A stretch of 64,000 nt of DNA, taken from positions 48,982,001 to 49,046,000 of the forward strand of contig NC_087437.1 in the NCBI RefSeq assembly GCF_036321535.1, written 5' to 3'. Below, in pieces: positions 1 to 13,100 of this stretch (within the stretch, counting starts at the first letter, position 1; the number at the start of each line of letters is the position of its first letter). The notes under the pieces were generated by a model. It was not told where the DNA came from. It did not search any database and worked only from the letters and a program-made list of their open reading frames with translations. The position numbers were made by a program, and so were the translations under genes. Origin of the DNA: Camelus dromedarius. Its lineage: Eukaryota.

Positions 1-571
1 GAAGCAACTCCTGTCTTCTTCCTCCTTGCCCTGGATTTCAGTGGAAAATACTCTAAGTCTTGGCCATTTATACTTTATAGTTTACAGGCGGTGTGTGGCT
101 GGCATCAGGAGGTGGAGGGCAGGATCTTTCTGAACCAGATCTCCTATTTGAAAAGCCTGGGGGAGAAGGGGTGTGGCTTAGGGGGTCACAGAATAGTACA
201 GATGAAGAATGCTAGTCCTGGCAGTGGGGCCAGGCTCAGTTTTTTCATTGCACTTTCTTAGGTTACCTCTCTTGGCCCAGATGAAAATCTGTCTCTTGCA
301 CAGAGCTTCCCTAAGTTTAGTCCATTAGAATGAGGGGTTTCCTATAACTGGCTCAATTGCTTTATCTTGCCTATAAAAGCAAAGTTTAATGCCACTGAAA
401 ACTATAACATTTTTGTGGTATCAATTAAAAATACAGTTTTTTTCTAATTTATTTACTCAAATGTGCATTACAAACTAAAACCTGCTTAAAGTAGAAACAC
501 ATTCAATGTGACCATTGTTTTTCCTTTACATAAGGACAACCATAATTATGTTGTTTGTTCAAATGATTGAT

Positions 572-3500
572 TTATATTGAAGTATAGTTGACTCACCTAT
601 TAGTTTCAGATGTACAACATAGTGATTTGATATTTCTATAGATTATGTGCCATGCAAAGCTATTACAATATTATTGACTATATTCCCTGTGCTGTACATT
701 ACATCCCTATGACTTATTTATTCTATAACTGATAGTTTGTAACTCTTAATTCCCTTCACCTGTTTTGCCGTCCCTCCACCTCCCCTCTAGCAACCACTAG
801 GGTGTTCTCTGTTATCGGTGAGTCTGTTTCTGTTTTGTTATATTTGTTTAGTTGTTTTATTTTTTATATTTCACATATGAGTGAAAACATACAGGATTTG
901 TCTTTGTCTGACTTATGTCACTCAGCATAATACCCTCCAAGTTTAACCATGTTGCCTAAAATGGCAAGATTCCATTTTTTTAGCAAAGTAAAGCTTCATT
1001 TTGTGTGTGTATGTACATGTTTGTGTATCCTTTATCTGCTCATCTGTTGATGGACACTTAGATTGCTTCCATATCTTGGCTACTATAAATGATGCTGCAG
1101 TGAACAATGGGGTGCGTATATCTTTTTAGTTAGTGTTTTCATTTTCTTTCCATAAATTCTCAGAAGTGGAATTGCTGGGTCATATGATAGCTCTATTTTA
1201 AAATCTTTGAAGAAGCTCTGTACTGTTTTCCATAGTGGCTATACCAATTTACATTCCCATCAACAGTGCATGAAGGTTCCCTTTTACCCACAGCCTTGCC
1301 AACACTTCTTATTTGTTGTCTTTTTGATAATAGCCATTCTGATGGGTGTGGGGTGATATCTCATTGTGGTTTTGATTTGCATTTCCTTGATGAGAGTGAT
1401 GCTGAGCATCTTTTCATGTACCTGTTGGCCATGTGTGTCTTCTTTGGAAAAATGTCTATTCATATTTTCTGCCCATTTTTAATTGAATTATTTGTATTTT
1501 GATGTTGAGTTGGATGATTTTTAATGTATTTTGAATATTAACCCTTTATAAGACATATCATTTGCAAATATCTTTTTCCATTCAGTAGTTGCCTTTTGAT
1601 TTTAGATGGTTTCCTTAGATGTGCAAAAGCTTTTTAGTTTTATGTGGTCCCATTTGTTAATTTTTTATTTTGTTTCCCCTGCCAGATGAGACATATACAA
1701 AAAATATTTCTAAGACCACTTTCAAAGAGCATACTGCCTATGTTTTCTTCTATGAGTTTTATGGTTTCAGGTACTACATTTAAGTCTTTATTCCATTTTG
1801 AGTTTATTTTTGTATATAGTGTGAGAAAATGGATTAGTTTCATTTTTAACATATAGCTGTCCAGTTTTTCCAGCACCACTTATTGAAGAAACTGTCTTTT
1901 CTCCATTCTATATTCTTGCCTCCTTTGTCGTAGATTAGTTGACATCATATGCACATGTGTTTATTTCTGGGCTCTCTATTCTGTCCTTATGATCAAGGTG
2001 TCTGTTTTGTGCCAGTACCATAGTGTTCTGATTACTATAATATTGTTAATAGTTTGAAGACAGGGAAGGTGATACCTTTACATTTGTTCTTTCTAAGATT
2101 GCTTTGGCTATTTGAGGTCTTTTGTGGTTCCATAAAATTTTTAGGATTATTTCTTTTTGTTTTGTGAAAATGCCATTGGTATTTTGACAGAGGTTACACT
2201 GAATTTGTAGATTGCTTTGGATAGTATGGACATTTTAACAACTTTAATTCTTCAACTCATGAGCACAGAGTATCTTTCCATTTATTTGTGTTGTCTTTGA
2301 TTTCTTTCATAAATTTCTTACACTTTTGAGACTACAGGTCTTTTACTTCCTTGTTTAAATTTATTCCTAGGTATTTTATTCTCTTTGATGTGATTGTAAA
2401 TGAGATTGTTCTCTTGATTTATTTTTCCAAAGGATTTCCATATACTAATTTTTTATCCTGCAACTTTACTGAATTCATTTATTACTTACAGTATTTTTTT
2501 TTGGTGAAGTGTTTAGGGCTTTCTATATATAGTATCATGTCATCTTCAAGTAGTAAGTTTTGCTTCTTTCCTTCCAATTTGGATGTCTTCTCTTTCTTTT
2601 TCTTGTCTGACTGCCATGGCTGGGCGTTCCAATACTATCTTGATGAAGTGGTGAAAGTGGGCATCCTTATCTTGTTTCTAATCTTAGAGGAAAACTTTCA
2701 GCTTTTCACCATTAAGTGTGATGATTGTTAGCTGGAGGTTTGTCATAAATGTTATTTATTATGTTGAGGTATGTTCTCTATAAACTTTCTTCTTGAGACT
2801 TTTTATCATGAATAGATATTGAATTTTGTTGAATGCTTTTTCTGCATCTATTAAAATGCTCATGTGATTTCTTTCCTTCATTTTGTGATGTGATGTACAT
2901 TGACTGATTTTCTGATATTGAGTCATCCTTTCTTCCTTGGAGTAAATCCCATATGATCATGATGTATGATCCTTTTAATGTATTACTGAATTTGGTTGCT
3001 AATATTTTGTTGAGGATGTTTGCATTTATGTTCATCAGGAATATTGGCTTGTGCTTTTTCTTTTTTTGTAGTGTCTTTGTCTCGTTTTGGTACTAGAAGT
3101 TCTTCTGGGGTGCACTGGGGGCTGCCAGTTTGGTGGGGTGGGGTTGGAGCTGGAGTCGGGTGTGGGCTGGGAGTGTGCCGGGGCAGGTTTCACAGTCCAC
3201 CTAGAGTACCAGGCACCTATCTCTGCTCTGGGACTCAGAGCAAGTAAGTTTGTGTGCACACACTTTAAGAGCAGAATCTTGGTTTCCTGCAGCCCAATGT
3301 CTCTCCCAGGCATAAGTCTCACTAGTTTTCAAAACCATTTGAGGGGGCTTGTCTTCCTAGTGCTGATTCCCAAGGTTGGGGTGCCCCTCACTGTTTAGGG
3401 AGGACCTCCAAATTTGTGATATCCTTTTCCTCCTTTGCATTGCCCCCTAGGGGTGTGGGCCCTGGCTCGATTGCTTCTTTTCCCCTCTTACCCGTCTTAG

Positions 3501-3652
3501 TGTGGTTTTTTCATCATATCCTTAATTGTAGAAGAGATGTTCTTTAGTCTTCATGTTCTCAGAGAGAGTTGCTCTATATGTAGTTGTAGGTTTGGTGTGT
3601 CTGTGGGAGGAGGTGGTCTCAGGGTCTCCCTGCTCTGCCATCTTCATCCTGC
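572..3652 (-). mobile_element. LINE-1, internally deleted: 3'UTR plus the ORF2 RT/C-terminal half fused directly to a 5'UTR
   Basis: Typical L1 3' end (tattgaagtatagttg at ~575). ORF2 fragments 1640..1879 ([12 protein letters not shown]) and 2778..3035 (MNINANILNKILA) are collinear with the full-length L1 in this window. 3590-3645 resembles the 5' terminus of that L1 (32525-32580). Confidence 0.88.
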
Positions 3653-3659
3653 CTGTAAC

Positions 3660-5900
3660 CTAACAATATTCTTTGGAAAGTTCTTTCATATAATTGTGTT
3701 AATGTTATTTAATACATCATCTCCTCACAGGTTTGAAATATCACCTTTATTATGTTATGTTCGCATGTTTGCCTGATTTTGTTTCTGTGCTCTCTTCCTT
3801 CCACTGACCTATTTTTCAGTTCCTGTACCAGGATCACATTGTTTTTAAGATAATTTAAGGCATACTTTGAATGTGTAGAGCTAGGCTCCACAATTTATTT
3901 ATTTTTCATGAATTTCTTTATAATTCTGCATTTTTTTTTTAGGAAAACCTCTTTAATTTAAAGCAAATATGTTAATATAAATGAGATTTTGGTTGGACTT
4001 AGATTGAATTGATGGATTTAGGAAAGGGTTGATACCCTTTCCATGTTGAATCCTTTCATCCAGGAATGTGATATATTTCTCCTCTTTGGAGGTCTCCTTT
4101 TCTCTCTTTCAGTGAAGTTTTATGATTTTATGCACAGTGTACTTGTGTATTTTTAGATAAATATTTTCTTGCTTAATCAAATTGTAAGCTATAAAATTAT
4201 GAAATTTTTATATCTTTGTTTTGTAAATAGATTTTTAAAAATTTTATGATTCTTCTGTTGTTACAAGTGTATAAAATTATTGATTTTGATATATTTGCCT
4301 TATATCCAAAATCCTAGTAGAACTATCTTAGTGCTTCTACTATTTTGTCAGTTGATATTTTTAGATTTTTGAATTGTCTTGGGTAGACAATCATATAGTT
4401 TGGTCTCTGTCTGATAATTGTGCCATTTGATTTCTTTTCCCTGATTAATTTATTGTCTAAAACTACCAGAATAATAGTAATAGGTAATGAACATCCTTGT
4501 TTTATCTCCAGATTTAATGAGAATACTTTGGCATTTTATGTTTTCTTAGTTTCCAACTCTACTGAGTTTGAGAAATTTAAATTACATGGAATTTACTTAG
4601 TTTTTGAATTTTTGATAGACTTTTCATATAAAAATACCTGGCCCTGGTGTATTTGGGGGGAATAAATATTTGGCTATGTTTTCCATTTCTTCTATGGTTA
4701 TTGGTCTGAATTTTCAGACTTTTTATCATTTTTGCACTTTGGTCATTTAAATATTCTTATGTAATAATCTCTTTCTTATAGTTTCAATTTTATTGGTTAA
4801 GGAGTTGCACACAGTATTCTCTTATAATAAAAATAATCTCCATTTTAAGATTGCTTCTCTTTCTCCATCTTTTATTATTTATGCCTTATCTCTCTCTTTC
4901 TTGGTTAGACTTGTTATGCATATTTCTGTGTTAGTAGTCTTTTCAAAGACTTTTTACTTCTTAGGTCTGTCATTTTTATCTTTTTTCATGAATTTTTATT
5001 TATTAATAATTTTTCATTTAAAATAATCTTTTTATTTATTTTGTTGGGTTTTTTAAATAGCTCTCTAGTTGAACACTTAGTTTATTTTCAATTGTTTCAA
5101 ATAAATGTATTTAGGGTTATTACCTTAGTTGCATCCTGCTGGTTTTAATATGTGGTATTCCTGTAGTTGGTTATTTATAAGTAGATTAATGGTCTACTTT
5201 TGTTGTTAGCTTATAGTACTGAATGTGACTAGATAATGTGGCCTGTAAATTTCAACTTTGAAGAATTCATTGATGGTTTTATTGTGACTTTACTCATGGC
5301 AATTTTTTTGGCAGTATTTCAGAATTCTGCAGGAAAATATATTCTTTGTAAGTTTGGTATTCATTCTATATACATTAATAAAATAAATCTAGTAATAGTG
5401 TTATTCACATTCTCAGTAAACTTCTTTTATTTCTTGCTTGCTTATTCTGTCCTTTTCTGAAAGGGATGAGTTAAGGTTTTCTATTATAATTTTGACTTTG
5501 TGGATAAAGCCACATTTTTTTTTTTTAGCTTTTGCTTTATATTTTGATGGTGTATTCTTTAGTCCTGATGGTTCATGACTATAGTTATCTTCTCGAGGGA
5601 ATTACAGCTTATTTCACTATAAATCCCTCCTTGTCCCATTTCATGCTTTTTGATTTGAATTCTACTTTTTTTATGCTAATAATGGCACACATGCTTTCTT
5701 TTATTGTGATTTCCCTGACGTATATTTATCTATGCTTTATTTTTAACCTTTTACTATTGTAAGTAGCATATTGCTAGAAATGAAATAATTAACTTTATTG
5801 ATATGTTTTGTCTTATTATTACCCTTTTATTTTGTGTTTGCATTTTATCATACTTTATTAGGTATATATATTTTTCCTTATCCTGATTTTCCTCCTAGAT
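3660..5900 (-). mobile_element. Ancient, highly degraded L1 (L1M/L1ME-like) ORF2 region
   Basis: T-rich sequence with residual antisense ORF2 motifs in the same order as the younger L1s (e.g. gaacatccttgttttatctccagatttaatg, cctggccctggtgtattt). Confidence 0.6.
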
Positions 5901-6119
5901 TAAATTATTTTCCCTTTTAGGGGCTTGAAAAAAAATTTCTTTGTTCTTTACCTTAAAATTTTTAATGAACATATTGAAACATTTTTTTCTATGTTAAAAC
6001 TTAATAGTTAGCTGTATCCCAGTCCCACACATCACCATCTTTCATTCCTTATAACCAGGGTTTGTTGTAATCATATAGATTTTGTTTCCACAGTGTTATT
6101 TATCAATATTTACATTTTT

Positions 6120-6971
6120 AATTGAAGTATAGTTGATTTACAATATTGTGTTAGTTTTAAAGGTGTACAGCAAATTGACTCAGTTTTATGTATATTTCAA
6201 ATTATTTTCCATTATACATTATTACAAGATATTGACTATAGTTCACTGTGTTATACAGTATATCCTTATTGCTTATCTATTTTATGTATAGTAGTTTGTA
6301 TCTGTTAATCCCATACTCCTAATTTATCCCTGTCCTCCTCTCTTTCCCCTTTGGTAACCATAAGTTTGTTTCCTTTGTCTGTGAGTCTGTTTTGTATATA
6401 AATTCATTTGTATTGGGTTTGTTTTTTTTTAAGATTCCACTTATAAGTGATATCATGATATTTATTTTCATCTGACTGACTTCACTCAGTATAATTATCT
6501 CTAGGTCTAACCATGTTGCTGCAAATGGCAATATTTCATTCTTTTTTAGGGCTGTGTAATATTCTATTGTATATATATACCACATCTTCTTAAACCAGTC
6601 ATCTGTTTATGGGCACTTGGGTTGTTTCCATGTCTTAGCTATTGTAAATAGTGCTTCCGTGAACATTAGGGTGCATGTATCTTTAATGGCAATATTTCAT
6701 TCTTTTTTAGGGCTGTGTAATATTCTATTGTATATATATATATACCACATCTTCTTAAACCAGTCATCTGTTTATGGGCACTTGGGTTGTTTCCATGTCT
6801 TAGCTATTGTAAATAGTGCTTCCGTGAACATTAGGGTGCATGTATCTTTTCAAATTAAGGTTTTCATCTTTTCTGGATATATGCCCAGGATTGGAATTGC
6901 TAGATCATATGATAGCTCTATTTTTATTTTTTTAAGGAACCTCTATACTGTTTTCCATAGGGGCGGAATCC
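6120..6971 (-). mobile_element. 5'-truncated L1 (ORF2 C-terminus plus 3'UTR) with TSD
   Basis: ORF 6319..6585 MWYIYTIEYYTALKKNEILPFAATWLDLEIIILSEVSQ is the L1 ORF2 C-terminus. Flanking direct repeat atttatcaat(a/g)tttacatttttaat at 6098-6122 and 6972-6996. Confidence 0.92.
6524..6849. repeat. Tandem duplication, 161 + 165 bp, inside the L1 fragment
   Basis: aatggcaatatttcatt...gtgcatgtatcttt begins at 6524 and again at 6685. The copies differ only in (TA)5 versus (TA)7. Confidence 0.95.
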
Positions 6972-7328
6972 ATTTATCAATGTTTACATTTTTAATACAC
7001 TTTAACATTTATAACAGTTTTATATTTACAGAAAAAAAATTAAAAGATAATGCAGAGTGTTCCTATATACCTCATCCCCAATTTCCCCTATTGTTAATAT
7101 CTTACATTAGTATAGTGTATTATTATAATTGATGAACTGATATTGATATAGTATTATTAAATGAAGTCTATACTTTATTCAGATTTTCTTAGAGTTTTTA
7201 AAATCTAATATAAATTTTTCATTCCAGGATCCCATCCAGAATATCACATATCCCATGACACCTTGTTGTCATGTCTCCTTAAACTCCTCTTGGCTATGTC
7301 AGTTACTCAGACTTTTGTTTTCAATGAT

Positions 7329-7791
7329 CGTATCAATTTCTTGTGCCTGCTATAACACATTACCACAAATTTGATGGCTGGAAAGAATGGAAATATATTC
7401 TTTCACAGTTCAGGAGGCTAACTGTCCAAAATCTAGCAGGGCCACACTCTCTCTGGGGCTCTAGGAGAGAATCTGTTCCTTGCATCTTCCAGTTTCTGGT
7501 GGCTGCCCTGGCCTTCCTGGGCTTGTGGCTGCCTCACTCCAATCTCTGCCTCCATCTTCACATTGCCTTGTTCTATATGTGTCTCTGCATTAGATTCCCT
7601 TTCCATCTTTCTTATAAGGACCCTTGTGATGGCATTTAGGCCAATTCAGATAATCCAGGATAATGTCTTCACTTCAGAAGCCCTAATTTAATTACATTTA
7701 CAAAGAACTCCTTTTCCAAAAAGGGTAACATTTACAAGTTCCAGAGATTAGGAACTGACATCCTTGGGTGGTCTTTATTTAACTTACTAAA
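7329..7791 (-). mobile_element. MLT1 (ERVL-MaLR) solo LTR
   Basis: gctataacacattaccacaaattt...ctctaggagagaatctgttccttgcatcttccagtttctgg, the reverse complement of motifs in the MLT1 copies at 24.2 and 33.8 kb. The host L1 resumes after it. Confidence 0.85.
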
Positions 7792-8648
7792 ATGACCTTG
7801 ACAGTTCTGACTAGTACTGGTCAAGTGTTTTATAGGATACCCTCTATTGGACTTTGATACTTTTCTTATAATGAAACTGGGCTTACGGGGTTTTGGAAGG
7901 TATACCACAGAGGTGAAGTCACATTGCAGCACGTCAAGGGTACATATTATTAACATTATATATCACTGTTGATGTTGACCTTAATCACCTGGTTGAGATG
8001 GTGTTTGTCAGATTTCTTTACTGTAAAGTTAGTCTGTTTCCCACTTTCCATACTGATCTCTCGGGAAGGAAGGCACTTGCAGAGGTCACACTTAAGGAGT
8101 AAGGAATTGTGCTCTCTTTCCTTGAGGGCAGAGTATCTATATAAATTATTTAGAAATATTCTGCAAGGAGATTTGTCTCATTTCCCCATTTATTTACTTA
8201 TTCAATAATTTATTTATACCAGTATGGACTCATAGAGATTTATTTTATACTTTGGGTTATAATCAAATACTAATTTATTCAAAGTTAAAATTATTTCATC
8301 TTTGGTCACTGGGAGCTCTTCCAGTTAGCTTCTGTGTGTTTTTGATCATCATATAGGTTTTCTTTTTTCCCTAAGTATGTCCTGACTTTCTGGCACATAA
8401 AATGCTCTAGTCTCAACCTGTATAGTTTCTCCCTACTTGTAGAATCAACCATGTCTCCAAGAAGCTCTGGATCCTTTTATTGGAAAATGTTGTTAGAAAT
8501 AAGATCTGGGTGCTAGGTGTGCTCATGCTATGGCATGTCATTTCTTTTGGGTTCTCTCAGCTGATACAGAAAGGAAGTATATGTGTGTATACTAACCTAG
8601 TATATGCACATATCTGTAATTATTTCTTTGTGTAATCATTTCTCTGTA

Positions 8649-9851
8649 TAGGCATACCTCAGGGATATTGTGGGTTCAGTTCTAGACCACCATAATAAGC
8701 AAATATCACAATAAAGTGAGTTACACAAATGTTTTGGTTTCCCAGTGCATATAAAAGTTATGTTTACAGTACACTGTAGTCTGTTAAATGTGCAATAGCA
8801 TTATGTTTTTTAAAATGTACATACCTTAATTAAAAAATTATTTTATCCCTAAAAAATGTTAGCCATCATTTGAGTCTTCAGTGAGTAGTAATCTTTGTGG
8901 TGGTGGAGAGTCTTGCCTTGATGTTGATGGCTGCTGACTAATCAGGACAGTGGTTGCTGAAGGTAGAGGGTGAGTGTGGCAATTTCTTAATATAAGACAA
9001 CAGTGAAATTTGCTGCACTAATTGACTCTTCCTTTCACAAACCATTTCTTTATAGGATGCAGTGCTGTGTGGTAGTATTTTACCCACAGTAGAACTTCGT
9101 TCAAAATTGGAGTCAATCCTCTCTAACCTTACCACCGCCTAAAATTGATGTAATATTATAAATGCTTTTTTGTCATTTCAACAATCTTTACAGTATCTTC
9201 ACTAGGAATAGATTCTGTCTCAAGAAAACACTTTCTTTGCTTATCCACAAGTAGCAACTCCTCATCCATTAAAGTTTTATCATGAGATTGCAACAATTCA
9301 GTCACATCTTTAGGGTCTACTTCTAATTCTAGTTATCTTGCTATTTCTACCATATCTGTAGTTACTTCCTCCACTGAAGTGTTTCTTAATATAAATACAA
9401 AATGTATTTGTGAGTAATGAAACTTAAAAGTCAAAATTACTCCTTGATCCATGGACTGAATAATGGATGTTGGGTTAGCAGGCATGAAGACAGCATTTAC
9501 CTTATTGTACATCTCCATCAGAGCTCTTGTATGACAAGGTGTATTGTTAATGAGCCATAATATTTAGAAAGAATTTTTTTTTCTGAGCATTAAGTCTCAA
9601 AATTGGGCTTAAAATATTCAAGAAACCATGTTGTAAACAGGTTTTGGCTTTCCATTTATAGAGAACAGACAGAATAGATGTAGTATAATTCTATGAGCAT
9701 TGGCTTCATCTTAAAGTCACCAGCCACATTAGGTCCTAACAAGAAAGTCAAGACTTGCTTGACTCAGGGTTTGCATAAACCTTCAATTTAGAAAAAACAC
9801 AGTATCTGTGAAGTGCAGTAACATAAAGTGCGGTAAAACAAGGTATGCCTG
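8649..9851 (-). mobile_element. Tigger1 (TcMar-Tigger DNA transposon), internally deleted
   Basis: TIRs (t)aggcatacctc at 8649 and aggtatgcctg ending 9851, with TA/TG flanks. Transposase remnants [18 protein letters not shown] (9333..9518) and ERIDSNFERSSTVGK (8938..9135). Confidence 0.93.
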
Positions 9852-11135
9852 TGCTCACATTAAGCTAAAGATGAGTTCTTGCCTATGTCGCCGACTCTAA
9901 TTCATTACCACATGGATCACACTTGCCTACTCCTCTTACTTATCTATAAATTCTCCTCCAACAGTGAGAAACTTGACTCCTACCACCCACCATCCATTTA
10001 CTTAGTTGTTTATTTATTTAGTATATTTCAATATACACATGTAACAGTATCAGAATCATTAATGCATAGCCCCATGGGAAACAACTTTATTCACCTGAGT
10101 ATAAAGCATACGAACAGTTTCTTTGCTTTTAGTCTTACAGACTCCACTCATTTCCAAAGTTACTTAGGTCAGCACCTTTTCACTCTGCCCCCTTCAATAA
10201 AATTTTTTCCATACATTTATAATTTTCAATTCAGTTCCTCTGTCACAGTCTTCATTTCTTTCTAGAATCCCTTGATCTCCTAAGTCATTTTGAAAATTTG
10301 AATTAATTAAAGTTTACTTTTTGCCTTGTAAAGTTCTTTCAGTTAGAACAAATGCGTAATTCCAGTGTCATACAAAGTACTTTATTTGCCTTCAAAATCC
10401 CTTGTGCTAAAACATCTATTCAATGTTCCCAACTCCCCCTAAGCCTCTGGAAACCACTGATTGTTTTACTGTTTCTATAATTTTGCCTTTTTCAGATTGT
10501 CATATGATTGGAATAATTTGGTATGCAGCCTTTCAGACTGACTTCCTTCATATAGCAATAAGAAAGGTTTTTAAGGTTTATCAATGTCTTTTTTGATTTC
10601 CAGAATTTTCTTTGATTCTTAGTTTCCATCTCTCTGCTTACATTACCATATGCTTTTGCATTTTGCCTACTTTTTTCATTAGGGTTCTTTATATATTAAT
10701 AATAGTTATTTAATTCCCTATGTAATAGTTCCAAAATCTATGTCCTATCAAGTCTGGTTTTGATACTTGCTTTGTCTCTTTAGGCTGGTTTTCTTTAATT
10801 TGTCATTTTTTGTTGAAAGCTGGACATGATGTATTATTGGCTAATAGGAACTGAGGTAAATAGACTTTTAGTGTATGATTTTATGTTGATCTGGGTAGGA
10901 GTTAGGCTGTGTTTAATACTGTCTGTAGTCGTAGGTGCCAGAGGTTTCAATTTCCTCTAGTGTCCTTGTTTTGGTCTCCCTTTTGTGTTTGTGTTTCCCT
11001 AAGAACTTCTTAAATAGAATCTGTGTCTTTTAGTTTCTTCCATTGTAATCCACTATCATTATATTGAAGCCCCATTGATGTGATGTTAAAGTATGAGGGT
11101 GGGATGCATTTTATAATCTTAAGATGAAATTTCAG

Positions 11136-11272
11136 GGGGAGGGTATATCTCAGTGGTAGAGTGCATGCTTAGCATGAACGAGGTCATAGGTTCAATCCCT
11201 AATACCTCCATTAGATGAATCAATCAATCAATAAACCTAATTACCCCCCAAATTGATTAAAAAATAAAAAAA
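11136..11272 (+). mobile_element. tRNA-derived SINE, camelid Vic-1 type
   Basis: ggggagggtatatctcagtggtagagtgcatgcttagcatg...ggttcaatccc (A and B boxes), then taaacctaattaccccc and an A-rich tail. Imperfect TSD aaattt(c/t)ag. Confidence 0.85.
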
Positions 11273-11949
11273 AATAAATTTTAGTCTTTTAATGGGCCTA
11301 TTTCTCTATGTTGTGACCGTCACAAACATTTCTTAGCTTTCCTCCCTTCCTCTTAGGTGAGGCAAGAAGGCTAGAGGAGGCTGGAGTTGGGTAGTTAATT
11401 GCCCTTCCCCCAGGTCACATAAAGCTGAGGTAAAGTCTTTTCCCTTGAACAGAAGATCTTTTTTATGGAGAAAGTTCTGGGTTCTTTCATAACATTTACT
11501 TTTCCTTTTCCCTTGCCAGAAATACAAAGGAATTTTTCTTGAATCTTTACCTTGAGAATCTGGTGGAGTTCTTGAGGGGTAAAACCCATGAAAGTGTGGT
11601 GGCTTCCCAAAATCTGGGTCTCTAGCAGTCCACATTCAGTCTCCAACAGCTCATAGTTACCATTTAAATAGGGCTACCAGTTTATGGCTCCAGTGGCTTC
11701 TGTTCCAAGTAAACTGATCTTGTCTATGATTCAATATCATGTTGATATTAAAAACTATTGCAAGCTGTGATCAGCTGTGATTTCAGGGTGATGGTTTGCC
11801 CTGTGGTCTCAATATTCTGACAGGTCCAAGAGATATCATTGATTTTTTGTTTGTTCAGCTGTTTTCTTCTTGTAAGAATGGGAGTGACTACTTCCAAATT
11901 CTTTACATGGTGAGCTGAAACTGGAGGTGGTGGTGTTTATTTTTAATTT

Positions 11950-12219
11950 AGCTAACATTTAGAAGCATAGCAAACCTTGCATAATGTTTACTATGTACCA
12001 GGTATGGTACCAAATATTTATGTATTAGCCAATTTAATTTCTACAGTGCCCTGTGATATAAGTATTATAATCATCGTCCTCTTTTGCAGATGAAGAAACT
12101 GAGGCACAGAGAGGTTAGGTATTTGCCCAAGGTCACACAGCTGGTAAATGGGGATTCAGGATTCAAAATTGAGGCAAACTGGCTCCAGAATCTACTTTCT
12201 TAACAATGACACAATACTA
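11950..12219 (-). mobile_element. MIR SINE, near full length
   Basis: Core ttttgcagatgaagaaactgaggcacagagaggttagg...gcccaaggtcacacagctggtaa. Confidence 0.9.
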
Positions 12220-12249
12220 AGTCCTTTCTCAATAATTCCATTGTTTTGC

Positions 12250-13100
12250 TGGGCTATATCATCAAGGAAAGTTTTTGTTGGGGGAGAATATATCAATAGC
12301 ACTGAAATTTTTACAGGAATAGGAATGTCTGTTTTCCTCTCCTACTTGATTAGCATACAGGTAAGTGTGGAATTCCAGATGCAAAATCCTTTTCCTTTAG
12401 AACTTTGTAGATAATGCTGCATTATTTCATTGTTTTCTAAATTTTGGTTTTGAAGATGAAAATTCTGATGTCAACTTGATTTTTTAGTTTTTTGCATATG
12501 ATTTATTTTTTTCCTTCTCTGGGAGCTTGTAGATTTTTCTCATTATCCTTAAAGTTTAGAAATTTCCTGATGTGCCTGCCACTCTGCTCTTGTATTTTGT
12601 GGGTCTTTTTTTTTATCTGAAGCTTCAAATCTTTCTTCAGTTCAAAGAAATTCTCCTTTTTTGTTTCCTTGATTATCCACCATCAACTCTGTTTTATTCT
12701 TCTGCAATTCCAATTAGTTGGATATGGTATCTCTTAGATCTACCTTTAATCTCTCAATTTTCTCATATAATTTCTTTATTTTTATATTTTAATTTATTCT
12801 CTGGAGACATGGACGAATTTCTGAACTCTCTCTTTTTTACTATTATTTTATTAAAAATTTTTTTTGTTCTTCTGGTCTCAGATCCTCTGTGTCTTTAAGC
12901 AGTTTCTTAGACTTTTTTGTTCCTTTCTCATTTCCATTGTTTAATTGCTTTGGTCTTACTTTCTCCTTTGTAGTCTCATTTTTTATGGAATTTTGGGAGG
13001 GAAAAGTTATTCTATCATTTTGGACAGAAGATCTCAAATGGGGGTTAGAATGTTGTAAACACTGGAATGTGCTCTTGACATGTTGATGTTATAAACTACT
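12250..13100 (-). mobile_element. Ancient L1 ORF1-region remnant, probably continuing 3660-5900
   Basis: Antisense ORF1-like motifs (tttcctttagaactttgtagata; gaaaattctgatgtcaacttgat), T-rich. Confidence 0.5.

Larger units (their letters stand above)
6997..11927 (-). mobile_element. Old L1MC/L1MD-like element (3'UTR, ORF1 start, 5' end) interrupted by MLT1, Tigger1 and Vic-1
   Basis: L1MC/MD-type 3'UTR motifs (aacagttttatatttacagaaaa; cccctattgttaatatcttacattag). ORF1-start-like motif ttttgttgaaagctggacat at ~10810. 5'-terminus-like gctgaaactggaggt at ~11915. Confidence 0.65.

Noticed and set aside
6617..7132. 171-aa ORF with an internal peptide repeat
   Set aside because: Antisense L1 sequence; the repeat is the 161-bp duplication.
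11136..11210. tRNA gene
   Set aside because: Degenerate stems, a tRNA-unrelated tail, A-rich end and TSD identify it as a SINE.
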